A DNA stretch of 63,775 nucleotides, filler included. It is 5 parts of 5 records of this genome, joined end to end, with 100 filler letters (N's around TTAATTAATTAA, not from the genome) between each part and the next. Parts side by side here need not be neighbours in the genome. Positions count along the whole stretch, not along the records: positions 22,166 to 32,062 come from SRR20825006_1919; positions 32,163 to 49,179 come from SRR20825006_1920; 3 more parts are not named here. The stretch is one strand, 5' to 3'. A model generated the notes under the pieces. That model saw only the letters and a program-made list of their open reading frames with translations, was not told where the DNA came from and made no database searches. Shown here piece after piece: positions 31,626 to 43,400 of this stretch. The position numbers were made by a program, and so were the translations under genes. Within the stretch, counting starts at the first letter, position 1. Every line of letters begins with the position of its first letter.

Positions 31626-32036
31626 ATGAAAGCCTTGTCTTCTCCGAAAGCCTTGCGGGCGGTGCTGGTCCTGGACGCCGTGGCGAGTGCTGTTACCTGC
31701 CTCTTGTTGGTCGAGGGTGCGGGCCTGCTGGCCGTGCCTTTCGGGTTGCCGGAGCCGTTTCTCCGCAGCGCCGGGCTGGTGCTGATACCGTTCGTTCTTT
31801 TCGTCGGCTGGGCGGCGACGCGTGAGGCGCCGCCCGTGCCCGTGGTCTGGGCGATTATTGCGGCCAATGCCTTCTGGGTTGTCGCCAGCGCGGTCTTCCT
31901 GCTCGGGCCGTGGGTACAGCCGACGGCGCTGGGCACCGGTTTTGTGATCGCGCAGGCGATTGCCGTTGGACTGTTCGCCGAGTTGCAGTTCATCGCCCTT
32001 TGGCGCAGGCGCGCAGGTGTTTTCAGCGAAGCCTGA
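31626..32036 (+). CDS. Small integral membrane protein divergent from the XRE regulator
   Basis: 136 aa, about four hydrophobic segments, AAGGAG RBS. Confidence 0.8.
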   Translation: MKALSSPKALRAVLVLDAVASAVTCLLLVEGAGLLAVPFGLPEPFLRSAGLVLIPFVLFVGWAATREAPPVPVVWAIIAANAFWVVASAVFLLGPWVQPTALGTGFVIAQAIAVGLFAELQFIALWRRRAGVFSEA

Positions 32037-32062
32037 AACGAGGTCTGAAACGAGGTCTGAAA
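32033..32062 (+). repeat. 12-bp tandem repeat at the contig end
   Basis: CTGAAACGAGGT x2.5 running into the gap. Confidence 0.8.
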
Positions 32063-32162
32063 NNNNNNNNNNNNNNNNNNNNNNNNNNNNNNNNNNNNNN
32101 NNNNNNTTAATTAATTAANNNNNNNNNNNNNNNNNNNNNNNNNNNNNNNNNNNNNNNNNNNN
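32063..32162. other. Artificial contig spacer
   Basis: 44 N + TTAATTAATTAA + 44 N. Confidence 0.99.
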
Positions 32163-32256
32163 GGCGTATGCAAAGCTCACTGCACACATCGAAGCGCCCA
32201 GAGCAAAACACCAACCTCACGTTCGGAGCGGGAGGTTTTCCGGCTGCAAGCGGCGC

Positions 32257-32338
32257 GGGAAAAAAGGAGGCGCGCTGTTTTCAAGATCCTGAACGACATC
32301 AGAACCTGCCTTGAAAACAGCGCGCCTCCTTTTTTCCC
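32257..32338. repeat. Perfect 29-bp inverted repeat with a 24-nt loop (terminator or MITE/REP-like)
   Basis: GGGAAAAAAGGAGGCGCGCTGTTTTCAAG ... CTTGAAAACAGCGCGCCTCCTTTTTTCCC, 40 nt past the carboxylase stop. Confidence 0.85.
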
Positions 32339-32378
32339 TCAGCCACCAACGGTGGTGGCCAGGTTATGGCTCTCGACC

Positions 32379-35300
32379 TCAGGACTCCTGGGTCAGGAAA
32401 TCATCCACGGCGCGGTGTGTGCGCTCGCAGAGCGAGCTGCGCAGGGACTGCGGCGAGAGGATGTCGGTGAGCGATCCGACATCTCGGGCGCGCTGGACGG
32501 TGTGGATGTTGTCGAACTCGGTGGCCACGGCCGATTGGATCTCGGCGTGCACGGCGCGACGGATGCGGTCGAACTCGAGCGGTTGCAGCTCGCCCTTCTT
32601 GAGCTTGGCGCGCGCTTCGATGACGCGATCGTCCTTCTCGACGCGCTTGCGGACCACGCGAGGGAAGACCACCGCGGCGGCAGGGCCGCCGCCGATGACC
32701 GATGCGAACGTGCCCTCGAGCGCGACCGCCTCGAGGCGGTCATTGAGGCATTGCGAGAACACCACGTAAGCGCCGCCGTGGTAGCGAGAGATGACGCAGA
32801 AGATGATCGGGCCATCGAACTGCACGACCGCGCGGCCGATCTCGGCGCCGAACTCGAGCTGTCGGTTGCGCAACGACTCCGGCGAGCCGTCGAACCCGGA
32901 GAGGTTCGCCAGCACGACCACAGGTTGCACGCCGCTCGCGGCGTGAATCGCACGCGCGACCTTGCGCGAGGACTCGGGGTAGAGCGTGCCGGACGTCCAG
33001 GAGGAAGGTCCGTGCGTTGGCGAGTTGCCCTTGCGTTGAACCGGCATCGACTCGATGCCGATCATGCAGACTGGCTGACCGCCGAGCTGACCGTGGAAAA
33101 CCACCGCGGTTTCGCCGCCAGCAAGTTCGGGCCAGCGCTCCAGCGGTTGCACATCGCGATCGAGCACTGTCGCCATCACCGCGCGGATATCGAACGGCTT
33201 CTTGCGACCAGGGTTCGTCGCGTCCGAGAAGATCTCGCCGACGGTGCCAAAATCACCGGCGGTGCCGACGTAGGGCTCTGCGGTGACATCACGGTCGAGT
33301 TGATCCCTGGCGTCCACGCGGAGCGTGTAGTTTTTGCCAGGCTCGATGTAGGTCAACGCGTAGTGGCGAAGCAACATCTCGTAGGCGCTCGCGAGCGTCG
33401 GCGCGATGTACTGCGCCTCGCCATTTGGCGCCATGATCGGCAAGCCACCGATCGCCTCGTTGCTCGATGCAGACACGCAACCGGAGTGCTCCAGCGCGCG
33501 CTTTCCTGTCAGGATCATGTAACCGCGTGGCGTCATAAACAACGCGCCGCGGCAGTGATTGAGCATCGTCGCCTCGGCGTTCCAGTAAGACTGGGCGCCG
33601 ACACATGGGCCGTCGACGAGCACGTGGATCGTGCCGCCTTCTTGCGTGAACTCGATGATGCGACGAAGCACGCGCGCCGTCCAATCGAGGTTCTCGGTGC
33701 CGGTGTCGAACGAGATCCTCGCGCCAGACGAGAACGTCACCCACTCGATGGGCAAACCTTGCTCTTCGGCGTGATCGATCGCGGCGATGACGCGGCGACA
33801 CTCTTCCTCGGCCAGCGAACCCATCGTGCGCGTGAGGTCGCCGATGATGGCGACGCGGCGCAATCCAGATGCGAAGCGCTCGTGAGGATGCACCAGCTCG
33901 CCAACGACGAGGTTCGCGGCGCGCTCGCCAGGGTGATCGCGATCCACTTCGATCAGCGTCTCTGGGGCGTTCGGATCGAGGTCATACTCGGTGAACGTAC
34001 CCGGAGCGGTGACGCCAGCAGACATGCTCTGCGCCATGTGACCAGCGATTTGCTCGGGCGTGAGCTGACGGCGACGACGCGCGCGAATCAACCTCAGGTC
34101 ATCCTTAGAGAGGTTCGAAATCGCCATATCGCCAAGAGCCGTCGAGGCCACCGTCGCCTCACCATTCCAGGCGTGCGAAGGCGTGAGCTCGATCTTCCAG
34201 CCAGAACCTGGCGCGATGATCACGACCTTCTCGAGCTCCAACGCGTCGGTGCCCTGGAGATCGAGGTCTGCGAGCACGGACTCCATCGCGCTCTGGTCCG
34301 CCTCGAGTTGGTTCGAGACGAGCAGCGTGATGCGGTTCCAGTGCCAGGGGCCTTCGAACTGATGATCGAGCAAGGTCTGTCGAAGCTCGTCGATCGACTC
34401 GCGCATCAACGCGTCGACGTGCGGACAGTGCCACTTGTCATCCTCGTCCTGGTACGGCTCGAATTTCTCGAGCGCGCTGACCGCCAGAACGCGACGATCG
34501 CTGTCCTCTTCCTTGGCGGTCGCCAGCGCGCAACGCACGCGGTGATTGACCACGCGGGGCAGGGGGCGAAGGTCGAAGTCGCGGAAGGTGACCGTGTGCT
34601 CGAGCGCGAGGTCGAGCAGCGGCGTATCGCCGTTTGCCTCCTCGCGCGCGGTGTCCTTGTCGAAGCCGCGGAGCCTGTGCGCCAGGTGTTGCGCGCGGAG
34701 CGTCAGATCGTGCGCGCCGTTCTGGGTCGAGATCTCGGTGAGCTGATCCAGCAATGGGATCGCGCGCTCGACTTCTTCGTGCGCCATCTCGTCGGCGCCC
34801 CACCTCGAGAGGAGGGTGTCGAGGAAGATCGAGAGGCTGCGGCGGCGCTTCGCGTCGCGCAGGTTCGTCTGGAGCAGGCGGAAGAGCGCCTCTTCGACGG
34901 CGAGCTGATCTTTCTCCGGCTCGTCGATCTCGTGCAACGCGAAGAAGCGGCGCAGGCGGTAGAGGACGCGCTCGGAGAGGCGATCCTCGTCGAAGCGGCG
35001 GTGGAGCAAGAACCAGATGGTCTGCGCCGCGCTCGACTCGCGCGCCTCGTTGAACGCGTCGTCGTAAGGGCCTTCGAGGAAGAGCTCGTGTTGCACGACG
35101 ACTGCTTCCATCGCGTCGAGCACTTCTTTCACAGAGAGCGCCTGACGATCTTCGGAGAGATCCTCGAGCGCCTCGGCGAGCTGCTCTTCGGTGATGTCGT
35201 AGCCGAGCATCCCGGCGCGAATCACGCGCGCCAGCGCAGGGTAGTCATCATCGCCCGAGAGCGTCGCCGTGCCTGGATCGTGCTCGTCAGTCGCCTCGGG

Positions 35301-37349
35301 CTCGTCGCCAGAGGAGAGCGGCGTCAGGTCGAGCAGGTTCGCGCCAGGCGACACCTGCGTGGCGGGTCCGACGTGGATCGCCTCGACCACGCCGTCCATC
35401 GGCGCGTTGAGGTGGATCTCCATCTTCATCACTTCGACCGTCATCAGGCGCTGACCGCGCGTGACTTCCTGGCCTGCCTCGACGGCGACAGAGGTCACGA
35501 CCGCGGCCATATCCGCCTTGATCTGACCATCTGGCACGCGCTCGAAGCGGTGCGAGACGTCGTGCGTGTTGATCTGAATCCAGCTCCCACCGCGAGCACA
35601 CAGCGCCGAGAAACGGCTCTCACGCGTCACGAATGTGATCGCCTGATCATTGACGTCCTCGATCTCGACCACGGTCGCCCAGTCCTCTCCCTGAACCTGG
35701 AAGAGCTTTGGCGACAGCTCGCCAACCTCGACCGCGACGGGGTTACCGTCGACGAGGTAGCGATAGGTCGTGGGCTGAGGTTCGGCGAGGCTTTGTGGAG
35801 GACCTGCGTGCACACCGGCGAAGAGATCCTCGCGCTCCTTGCGACGCTTGGTGTTGAAATCGAGCAGGGCGGCGGCGATGAGCGACTGCGCGAGCAACGG
35901 ACGGCGAATGCTCGCCGGGCGACGCTCGAGGAACCCATCGAGCCAACGCGTGGAGTGGCGATGCTCGACGAAGTCATCGTCAGTCAGCACCTCGAGCACC
36001 ATCGCGCGGTTGGTCAAGCCACCCTCGATGACGACGCGCGTATCGCGCAGCGCCTGCTCCAACCTCGCGATCGCTTCCTGACGGTCGCGACCGTAGGCGA
36101 TGATCTTGGCAATGTTGGAGTCGAACGCGCCAGCGATCACATCGCCTGCGCGGAAGCCCGAGTCGACGCGGATGCCAGGGCCGCCAGGGATATCGAAGAT
36201 CTGGATCTTGCCGCCAGCGGGCGCGAAGCCCATGTCGGGCTCCTCGGCGTTGAGGCGCGCCTCGATGGCTGCGCCGCGAGGCTCTGGAGGGTGCTCCGAG
36301 GGGAGCTCTGCGCCGAGCGCGACCTCGATCTGTGCGTCCACGAGATCGAGCCCGAAGATGCACTCGGAGATGGTGTGCTCGACCTGGAGGCGAGCGTTCA
36401 TCTCGAGGAAGTAGAAGGTCTTCATATCGGGGAGGAGCAGGAACTCTGCGGTTCCTGCGCCAATGTAACCGCAAGCCTTGGCCATGCGGCGCGCGGCCTC
36501 GCAGATGCTCTCGTAGACCTCTGGCTCGAGACCAGGGGCGGGCGTCTCCTCGATGATTTTTTGGTGACGGCGTTGCACCGAGCAATCGCGCGTCCCGAGC
36601 GCCCAGACCGTCCCGTGCGAATCCGCCAGGACCTGAACCTCGACGTGACGCGCGCTCTCGACGTACTTCTCCATGAACAGCGCGCCATCGCCGAAGGCGC
36701 TGATCGCCTCGGTGGTCGCCGTATGGAATGCGTCGGCGAGTTCGTCGTAGCCGCGCACCAATCGGATGCCGCGACCACCACCACCGGCGGCGGCCTTGAG
36801 GATGAGCGGGAAGCCGATCTTCTCGGCCATCACTCGCGCTTCCTCGGGGTCCTCGATCGCGCGACCCGACCAGGGGCTCACGGGGACCTTGTGCTCCTCC
36901 GCGAACGCCTTGGAGCGGATCTTATCGCCGAGCAAGCGCATGACACCGCCGGGAGGTCCGATGAACTTGATGCCTGCGTCTTTGCATGCATCCGAGAGGT
37001 CGGCGCTTTCGCCAAGGAAACCCCAGCCAGGCCACACAGCGTCGACGCCGAGCTCGGAGCATTTGCTCACGAGCCCTTCGACGTCGAGGTAGCTCGAGAC
37101 GCGGGCGCCCGAGGCATCGATCATGAAGGGATCGCCGAGTGCGACGGCCGTATCGGCCATCTGGACAAACGGCGCGCGCGCATCAGGATCTGTATAAAAG
37201 GCGATGAGTTCGACAGGCTGCGCATTGCGCCTGCTCCAAACGCGCGCCGTGCGCATAAATCGCACGGCGGCCTCGCCGCGGTTGATGATCGCGATGCGCA
37301 CCGGCTTGACGCCATCGCGCGGAATCCATCGGGTCGTCGAGTGATTCAA
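32379..37349 (-). CDS. Single-chain acyl-CoA carboxylase (biotin carboxylase - BCCP - central region - carboxyltransferase)
   Basis: NRGEAAVR, PGWGFLGE, GGGGRG, RDCSVQRRHQK, EMNARLQVEH; biotin Lys EVMKM; CT motifs SGARI, ANLSGFDG, GGAYVV. Confidence 0.9.
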   Translation of the reverse strand: MNHSTTRWIPRDGVKPVRIAIINRGEAAVRFMRTARVWSRRNAQPVELIAFYTDPDARAPFVQMADTAVALGDPFMIDASGARVSSYLDVEGLVSKCSELGVDAVWPGWGFLGESADLSDACKDAGIKFIGPPGGVMRLLGDKIRSKAFAEEHKVPVSPWSGRAIEDPEEARVMAEKIGFPLILKAAAGGGGRGIRLVRGYDELADAFHTATTEAISAFGDGALFMEKYVESARHVEVQVLADSHGTVWALGTRDCSVQRRHQKIIEETPAPGLEPEVYESICEAARRMAKACGYIGAGTAEFLLLPDMKTFYFLEMNARLQVEHTISECIFGLDLVDAQIEVALGAELPSEHPPEPRGAAIEARLNAEEPDMGFAPAGGKIQIFDIPGGPGIRVDSGFRAGDVIAGAFDSNIAKIIAYGRDRQEAIARLEQALRDTRVVIEGGLTNRAMVLEVLTDDDFVEHRHSTRWLDGFLERRPASIRRPLLAQSLIAAALLDFNTKRRKEREDLFAGVHAGPPQSLAEPQPTTYRYLVDGNPVAVEVGELSPKLFQVQGEDWATVVEIEDVNDQAITFVTRESRFSALCARGGSWIQINTHDVSHRFERVPDGQIKADMAAVVTSVAVEAGQEVTRGQRLMTVEVMKMEIHLNAPMDGVVEAIHVGPATQVSPGANLLDLTPLSSGDEPEATDEHDPGTATLSGDDDYPALARVIRAGMLGYDITEEQLAEALEDLSEDRQALSVKEVLDAMEAVVVQHELFLEGPYDDAFNEARESSAAQTIWFLLHRRFDEDRLSERVLYRLRRFFALHEIDEPEKDQLAVEEALFRLLQTNLRDAKRRRSLSIFLDTLLSRWGADEMAHEEVERAIPLLDQLTEISTQNGAHDLTLRAQHLAHRLRGFDKDTAREEANGDTPLLDLALEHTVTFRDFDLRPLPRVVNHRVRCALATAKEEDSDRRVLAVSALEKFEPYQDEDDKWHCPHVDALMRESIDELRQTLLDHQFEGPWHWNRITLLVSNQLEADQSAMESVLADLDLQGTDALELEKVVIIAPGSGWKIELTPSHAWNGEATVASTALGDMAISNLSKDDLRLIRARRRRQLTPEQIAGHMAQSMSAGVTAPGTFTEYDLDPNAPETLIEVDRDHPGERAANLVVGELVHPHERFASGLRRVAIIGDLTRTMGSLAEEECRRVIAAIDHAEEQGLPIEWVTFSSGARISFDTGTENLDWTARVLRRIIEFTQEGGTIHVLVDGPCVGAQSYWNAEATMLNHCRGALFMTPRGYMILTGKRALEHSGCVSASSNEAIGGLPIMAPNGEAQYIAPTLASAYEMLLRHYALTYIEPGKNYTLRVDARDQLDRDVTAEPYVGTAGDFGTVGEIFSDATNPGRKKPFDIRAVMATVLDRDVQPLERWPELAGGETAVVFHGQLGGQPVCMIGIESMPVQRKGNSPTHGPSSWTSGTLYPESSRKVARAIHAASGVQPVVVLANLSGFDGSPESLRNRQLEFGAEIGRAVVQFDGPIIFCVISRYHGGAYVVFSQCLNDRLEAVALEGTFASVIGGGPAAAVVFPRVVRKRVEKDDRVIEARAKLKKGELQPLEFDRIRRAVHAEIQSAVATEFDNIHTVQRARDVGSLTDILSPQSLRSSLCERTHRAVDDFLTQES

Positions 37350-37443
37350 TCTCTAGCTCCGTATCGCTCATGCTCGCCACTTACGGGCGGCGTTTTCGTG
37401 ATCTGAAAAACCCGGGATGCTCCCCACAAAAGGGCACCCGGTG

Positions 37444-40400
37444 TCAAGAGGAGAACCGCTTCGCGATTCGCATCAACCACTCCCGCCGTGGTGTGCCGAC
37501 TTCGTCGAGAACCTCTTGTTCTCCCCGAGCGAGGGAGAGAATAGTGCGGGAATCCTCTCCCAACGCGGCGCGCTGCGAGAGGATGTCGAACAGGGTAGCG
37601 TTGATTTCGTCCATGCCGTTCGAGCGCGATGCTTCGATACGCGTGACGGCTGCGTGATCAGGTTCTCCGGGGACCGCGCGCGAGGCCGATGGCCCGAGCG
37701 CGTTGATGCCTTCGAGGACATGCGCGCGGCGCTTGGCGTACTCGAGCGCGCCGAGCTCTTCTGGCAGGATCGGTCTTCCGAAGTGATACGCCTGCCCGGT
37801 CTGACCGACCGGGAACTCGAGCTTTCCATCCTGCAATGGCTCCACAGGGAGCCCCTTGTCGAAGTAGACAGGGACGATCGGGAGGTCGAGCTCGATGGCA
37901 AGATCGAGAAACAGCGACGAGATACGCTCGACGCTCTCGCCAGCCTTGACCGCGCGTGTTCCGGGCGCGTGCACCATAATGGATGCGGCGCGCTCCTTGA
38001 CCGAGCGCTTGAGGCCATCGAGGAGCGCGAACATCGACTCGCGATCCTGTTGCTGGAAGTAGACGATGTTCTCGGGGTCTTCGCATCCGGGATAAGAGAA
38101 GATGTCGCGGATGAGGTTTCCGACCCAGCCTTGCTCGTGCTTGGCGTTGGCCATCGTGATGACGGTCGTATCCGTGAGCGCGCTGGCGAGGATCGTGATC
38201 AGCAAGGACTCGATCTGAACCTCGTGATTCCCCAAAAACAGGACGCTGCGGCCGCGCAACGCAGCGAGCGCGTCGATATCCTGGAAGTGCACGCTCGAGA
38301 CAAAGCGATCGACGAGTCCGCCGTAGAGGTCATCTCCAAACCAACCTTCTTCGACGCCCAGGCGTTCTCTCCACCATGCCTGCAACCTCGGAATCGCTGG
38401 CGCAGCGACGACCTCTCCACGACAGGAGACGCTCCCCGAGCCAACCTCGAGCTCGACGGGGAAGGGGGTCACGGCGAGGTCGCGGTGATAGACCTCCTGA
38501 CGCTCGAGATCCGCGTGAAGTTTGCTCGGGTGGATGGCGAGCTGTCCGGCGAGATGCTCCTTGGCCACGATGCGCGCGACGTTCTCCTGGAGCGAGCCCT
38601 TATCGAGGTCGTAAATGCTCGAGATCGTTCCCTTGAACCAGTCCGAGCTCTGCACATCGTCGACGCGCAGGATCGAGCTCTCGCCATCCCAGCTCGAGAG
38701 CGAGGCGCCCGGGACGTAAGCCTTGTCGCGGATAAACGCGCGACGCTGGGTCGCCTCGAGGCGACCCAGCGGTCCCTTGGGCATCAGGATCTCGCTGAAC
38801 GCGATCGCGACCCACAGCACATCACCCGAGAACACCTGGATGGCGAAGCGCGCGATGCGACCTTCACCACCTTCAAAACGAACCTCGGCGCGCAGGTTTC
38901 CTGCATGAGGGGTCACCGAGTGGACCGTGATTTTCTCGACGGCGTGAGGATAAGCGATCGAATCATCGCCTGCCTCTTCCCACCAAAGCTGGAGTTGATC
39001 GTGAGGGATGCTCTGGAGCGCGCCATCGAGGAGCGCTGGATTCAGCGCCCCCACGGGCACGCCCGATCGGGTCGTATCGAGCGTGGCGCTCGCGCCATTG
39101 CTGCCACGCAGCGCGCTCGAGACAACCTGGAAGGTTGGCCCGTGGAAGAGCTGCGCGCTCTCGTAGAGGTCATCGCAAGGTCTCGCGTCGATGAGCGGAC
39201 CGAGCGTGTCAGGCGCCGCGTCATAAACATCGCTCACGCGAACAGTCGCCGAGGCGACCTCGTCAAAGCGCGACATCTCCTGGCGAGGCGCTTCCCACCA
39301 GAGGTCGAGCGCGACGCGGTAATGATGAGGTTGACCTTCGATGGACTCTGCGCGCGTGCGCATTTTAAGCGGTCCATCAAAGATAACCCACTTTCGCAAC
39401 TCCACGTTCGAGATCTCGGAGACGTGGAATCCAGGCGCAGCGAGCAGCGCTTGCTCGGCCAGCAAATCCACGATCGACATCATCGGGAGGGCAGGGCGGG
39501 TGTACGTCGGGCAGTGATCCCCGAGCCAGGTGTCGACCTCGGGATCCAGTGTGAGCTCGCGCTCGAGCTGCGGCGCCTTAGCCGTCTGCTGCGCGCCTTT
39601 CAACTCACTGGATTCCGCTTTCTTGTCGGCTTTCTCGCCGAGGTCGATGCGTGCTCCTGGCTCGGGGTCACCCTTTCCCGAAACAATCCTCATGCCGAAC
39701 TCGGACGCGTGATAAATCCGCATCCCATCGACCCAGAGCGAGCCTGACGCCTTGGCCCAGACGCCGCGCTCGTCTTCTCCCACCTCGAGCAGCTCGAGCG
39801 TGGAGGAGATCGTCTTGTTGGTGGGGACCACCTGACCTCGATACTTCCAGCTCATGGGGATATCCACAGCGATTGCCTCGAAGCGCGCGTCTTCGATGCC
39901 TTCGCCCATGCCCTTCTGGATCATGGCGACTTGAAGCAACTGCAACAACGCCTCGAGCCCGAGCGAGCCGGGTTGGACAGGATCCTGGAAGAAGTGCGCC
40001 TTGAAGAACCACTCGTTGGGATCGACGTCTTTCTCGGCGCGAGCCTGACCCAGACCTGCGGCGCCAGCTTCGGGCCACCAGCCTGTAAAGCGGTCGATCA
40101 TCAACATCATCGGCTGCGCGAGCTGCGGCGAGGCGTCAAAGAATGGCGCTGGCCTCGCCGTCAAATCGACAAACATATCGCTCTGGCGAGAGAACAGCTC
40201 CTCGAACTCAGGTTTCTTCCCGACGCCGACCTGTGCGGCCAGTGATTCTGGTGGGAAGAACCCGAAGACAGTGTCCATCTCCATGACCTTGGGCGAGCCA
40301 GGTTGGTCGATGGCGAACATCTCGACGTGGAAGGAGACGATGATGTTGCCTGCGGCGCGCGCGATATTGAGCAGGCGCGCCTTGGTTTGCAACGTGCCTG

Positions 40401-43400
40401 TCTCTGGCGTGACTTCGAGCAGGTGATGTGTCGTGCCATCGAGGTTACGGAACGCGAGGTCGATGTCATCGCGTGTGAGCGCGCAGCCCACATAGCTCGC
40501 GAGCCAACCGCAAGGTTGCAGGCCAGCTTCGAGCAACACCGCATAGGGCATCACCGCGGCGCCGTTCTCGTGGAAGTACCACGCATCCGCGGGCACGTCG
40601 TACTCGACGGTCAGGTCGACGCCTGAACGCATCGCGTTCTGCGCCTCGGGGTCGATTTCGGTCACGCGCGAGATGAAGTGGTAAGGAGGTCCAGGCAACC
40701 TCGCCACGGTGCGGTGCGAATCGAACGGCGCGTACATCTCGCCAAAGGCGCGCGTGGGGCGGCCCCATGCACACGCCAGGAGAGAATCATAGCCGAGGTC
40801 GAAGCCATTGACCGATGCTACAGGCTTTGGCTCCTCGTAGTCATTCATGTCGATGAGTTGATCCATCGGCCAATCAGGCACGAGCTGGAGGCCCATTCGC
40901 GCGCAGTGGAAGGCGCCCAGGCCATCGACCGTGCAGAGCAGGTCGGCGAACAACTTCGGCGTCTCGCCATCGTGCACCTCGCGCACGAAGACCTCGTAGA
41001 TGAGCTCGCGCGAGGATGGCGTCACCTGACCGCGACAACGCAGCGTGTAGGCGACCTCGGGCACAGGCTCGAAGACCCAACCGTCGCGGTCGATGGTCCA
41101 TCCGCAAGCCGCCATGTAGAAGGCCATCGTTTGCACGCAGCCCTCGAACATCAGCGTACCGGGCATGCACGGGTCATTCTTGAAGTGGCCGTCGAAAAAC
41201 CAGTCATCCGATGAGATGTGCTGGACCGCCTTGAGGTAACCTCGATCCCACGGTCCTCCGTGAGGATCGAACTCGAGCACCTCGTCCATAAAGCGCATAC
41301 GGTCGGCTTGAATGCCGGGCGTCGCGGTGTGCGCGCCAGCGCGCTCGAAGCCAGCGCCGAAGGTGTCATAGACCTTGCCATCAGCGAACGCCTGGACCTC
41401 TTCTGCGCTGAAGGAGCGCTTGGAGGCTAGCGCGGGAGCATCGGCGAATGGCGTCTTCGCGATCGCGTCGGCGTCCTCATCAGAGGGCTTCCAGAGGATG
41501 CCTTTCGAATCTGCGAGCTCGTCGTAGGTGAAGAACCCGGCCTGACCGTGTCGCACGCTCAGGCGGACCTCGCCATCGACCTCACAATCGTAGTGGAAGA
41601 AGAAGAGGCGAATATCATTCTGCTTCGCGTGCCCGTCGATGTGAATATCGTAGGCGAGCGTCTCGCCGGGGCGAGGCAACCCGCCGTGGAAGGTCAGCTC
41701 GCAGCCGAGCAAGCGATAGCAACGATCGCCGCGGTTATCGAAGTCCGCGCCCATATAAGAGATGAGCATCAGATCTGCCTGACCGGACTCGATCATGATG
41801 CCGACGGGCATCCTGTCCGCGTGCAAGAACCAGGCATCCGAGGGGATGTCGCTCTCGCACCAGAGCGAGCCGGTGCCGACCACGCCAGCCTCACAGTCAA
41901 TGCCGGTGACGCGGTGACAAAGGAGCAGCGGAGGCTCGGGCATCCTGACCTGGATGGGGAAATCATCCTGCTGCTCGAACAGCGGGCCGAAGATGTCCGA
42001 GATCTTGCCAGAGGCGTGGATCTTGATCTGCTCGTAATCGAACGTCGGGCCTACGGGCGCGCGCTTCTCGCTCTTTGGCTTGACCGCGTGCGCCTTGGGG
42101 ACCTTCTTCGACTGCTTCACGCTCTTTGGCGCCGGAGCTTTCGTCTTGGCGACAGGCGTCGAAGGCTGCGGCGAGGCAGGCTCTGATTTTGGCGCCCTCG
42201 CCGCAGGAGCAGGGGTGCTGCGTGCCGAGATTCGCTGCTCGGGCTGTTGCTGCACGTGATCGATCAGCGTGACAGGGAAGACCTCGCTGACGGCGAGTTC
42301 TTCGTGATGCCTCGCGGTGGGCGCTGTAGGTGCTGTCGCGCCCTGGTTCGCCTGAGAGATCAGCGTGTGGACCATGTTCTGGCGCGTTTGCATGAAGCGC
42401 TGCTGCATCTGCTGCTGCTGCGCCATGAACTGCTGGTGCATGCGCGAGATGTGCTCGAACTGCGAGGCGACGACGCTTCGGACCTTGCTCGAAGGATCCT
42501 GTGTTGGAGCGCTCGAGACGGGAGCGACGCGCGAGGAGCTCGAGGGAGCTGCCGCCTCCTCGACCTGTGATCCTCTCGTGACTTCTCGCGGCGGCAGCTC
42601 CCTCGAGCTCCGAGCCACCTCTCCCTGAGCGGGGAGCACGACAGGCGTGGGCTGCCCGAGCGCGGAGGTGTCCTGGAGCGCGGATGGGAGCGCTGGCGCA
42701 GGTGACATGACTTGGTACGGCGCGTTATCGCGAGATGAAGCGCTCATCGGCGTCCTCACTGGTGACGATTGATTCTCTGGGCGTTGCTCTTTCCGGCCCG
42801 TGGAGCGGGCCGGAAGGGATACGGCGGGGAGGTGCGCGGGGAACGCGAGCTGGAAGCCAGGCTTGGCGCTGGCGACATCGTCCTTGCTCGTGACCGCAGC
42901 GCACCACTTCTCGTACTGTGCGGAAAGTCCCGCCGCGGCGAGCTTCCCGAGCGCGTGGTTGATCTGCTCGATGTCGGTGCGACGGTACTCATCGAGTGAG
43001 ACAGCCAGATGCGGCTTGTCTCCAAGGATCTTGCGAATCCACTGCGCGCAACCTGACTGCGGGCCATGCTCGATAAAGACTCGCACGCCATCTTCCCACG
43101 CCTTGCGGATAAGCGCGGGGAAGTCGACGGTTTGCATCGCCTGACCGGTGAGCGCGTCAGCGATGGCGTCCGCGCTCGCTTCGTAAGAAGAGAGCGTGGA
43201 GTGCGTGTAAAAGCGCACGCCAGGGACAGGTTCTGTGGGGCGATGGTGGAGCGCATGCCAGGTCTGCTCGAAGCCTCGTGCTTCGGGGCAGTGCATCACG
43301 ATGTTGTAACCGAGGCTCCTGGCGCGGTGACCACCGATCCTGGCGATCACGCGCTCGCACGCTTCCTTCTCACCGGCGATCACCAGATCGCCCGGGCAGT

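Noticed and set aside
32352-37406. 1684-aa plus-strand ORF
   Set aside because: Antisense shadow of the carboxylase caused by GC-rich codon bias; no recognisable motifs.
37417-39747. 776-aa plus-strand ORF and similar long ORFs opposite the pfa genes
   Set aside because: Antisense shadows of motif-rich minus-strand genes.
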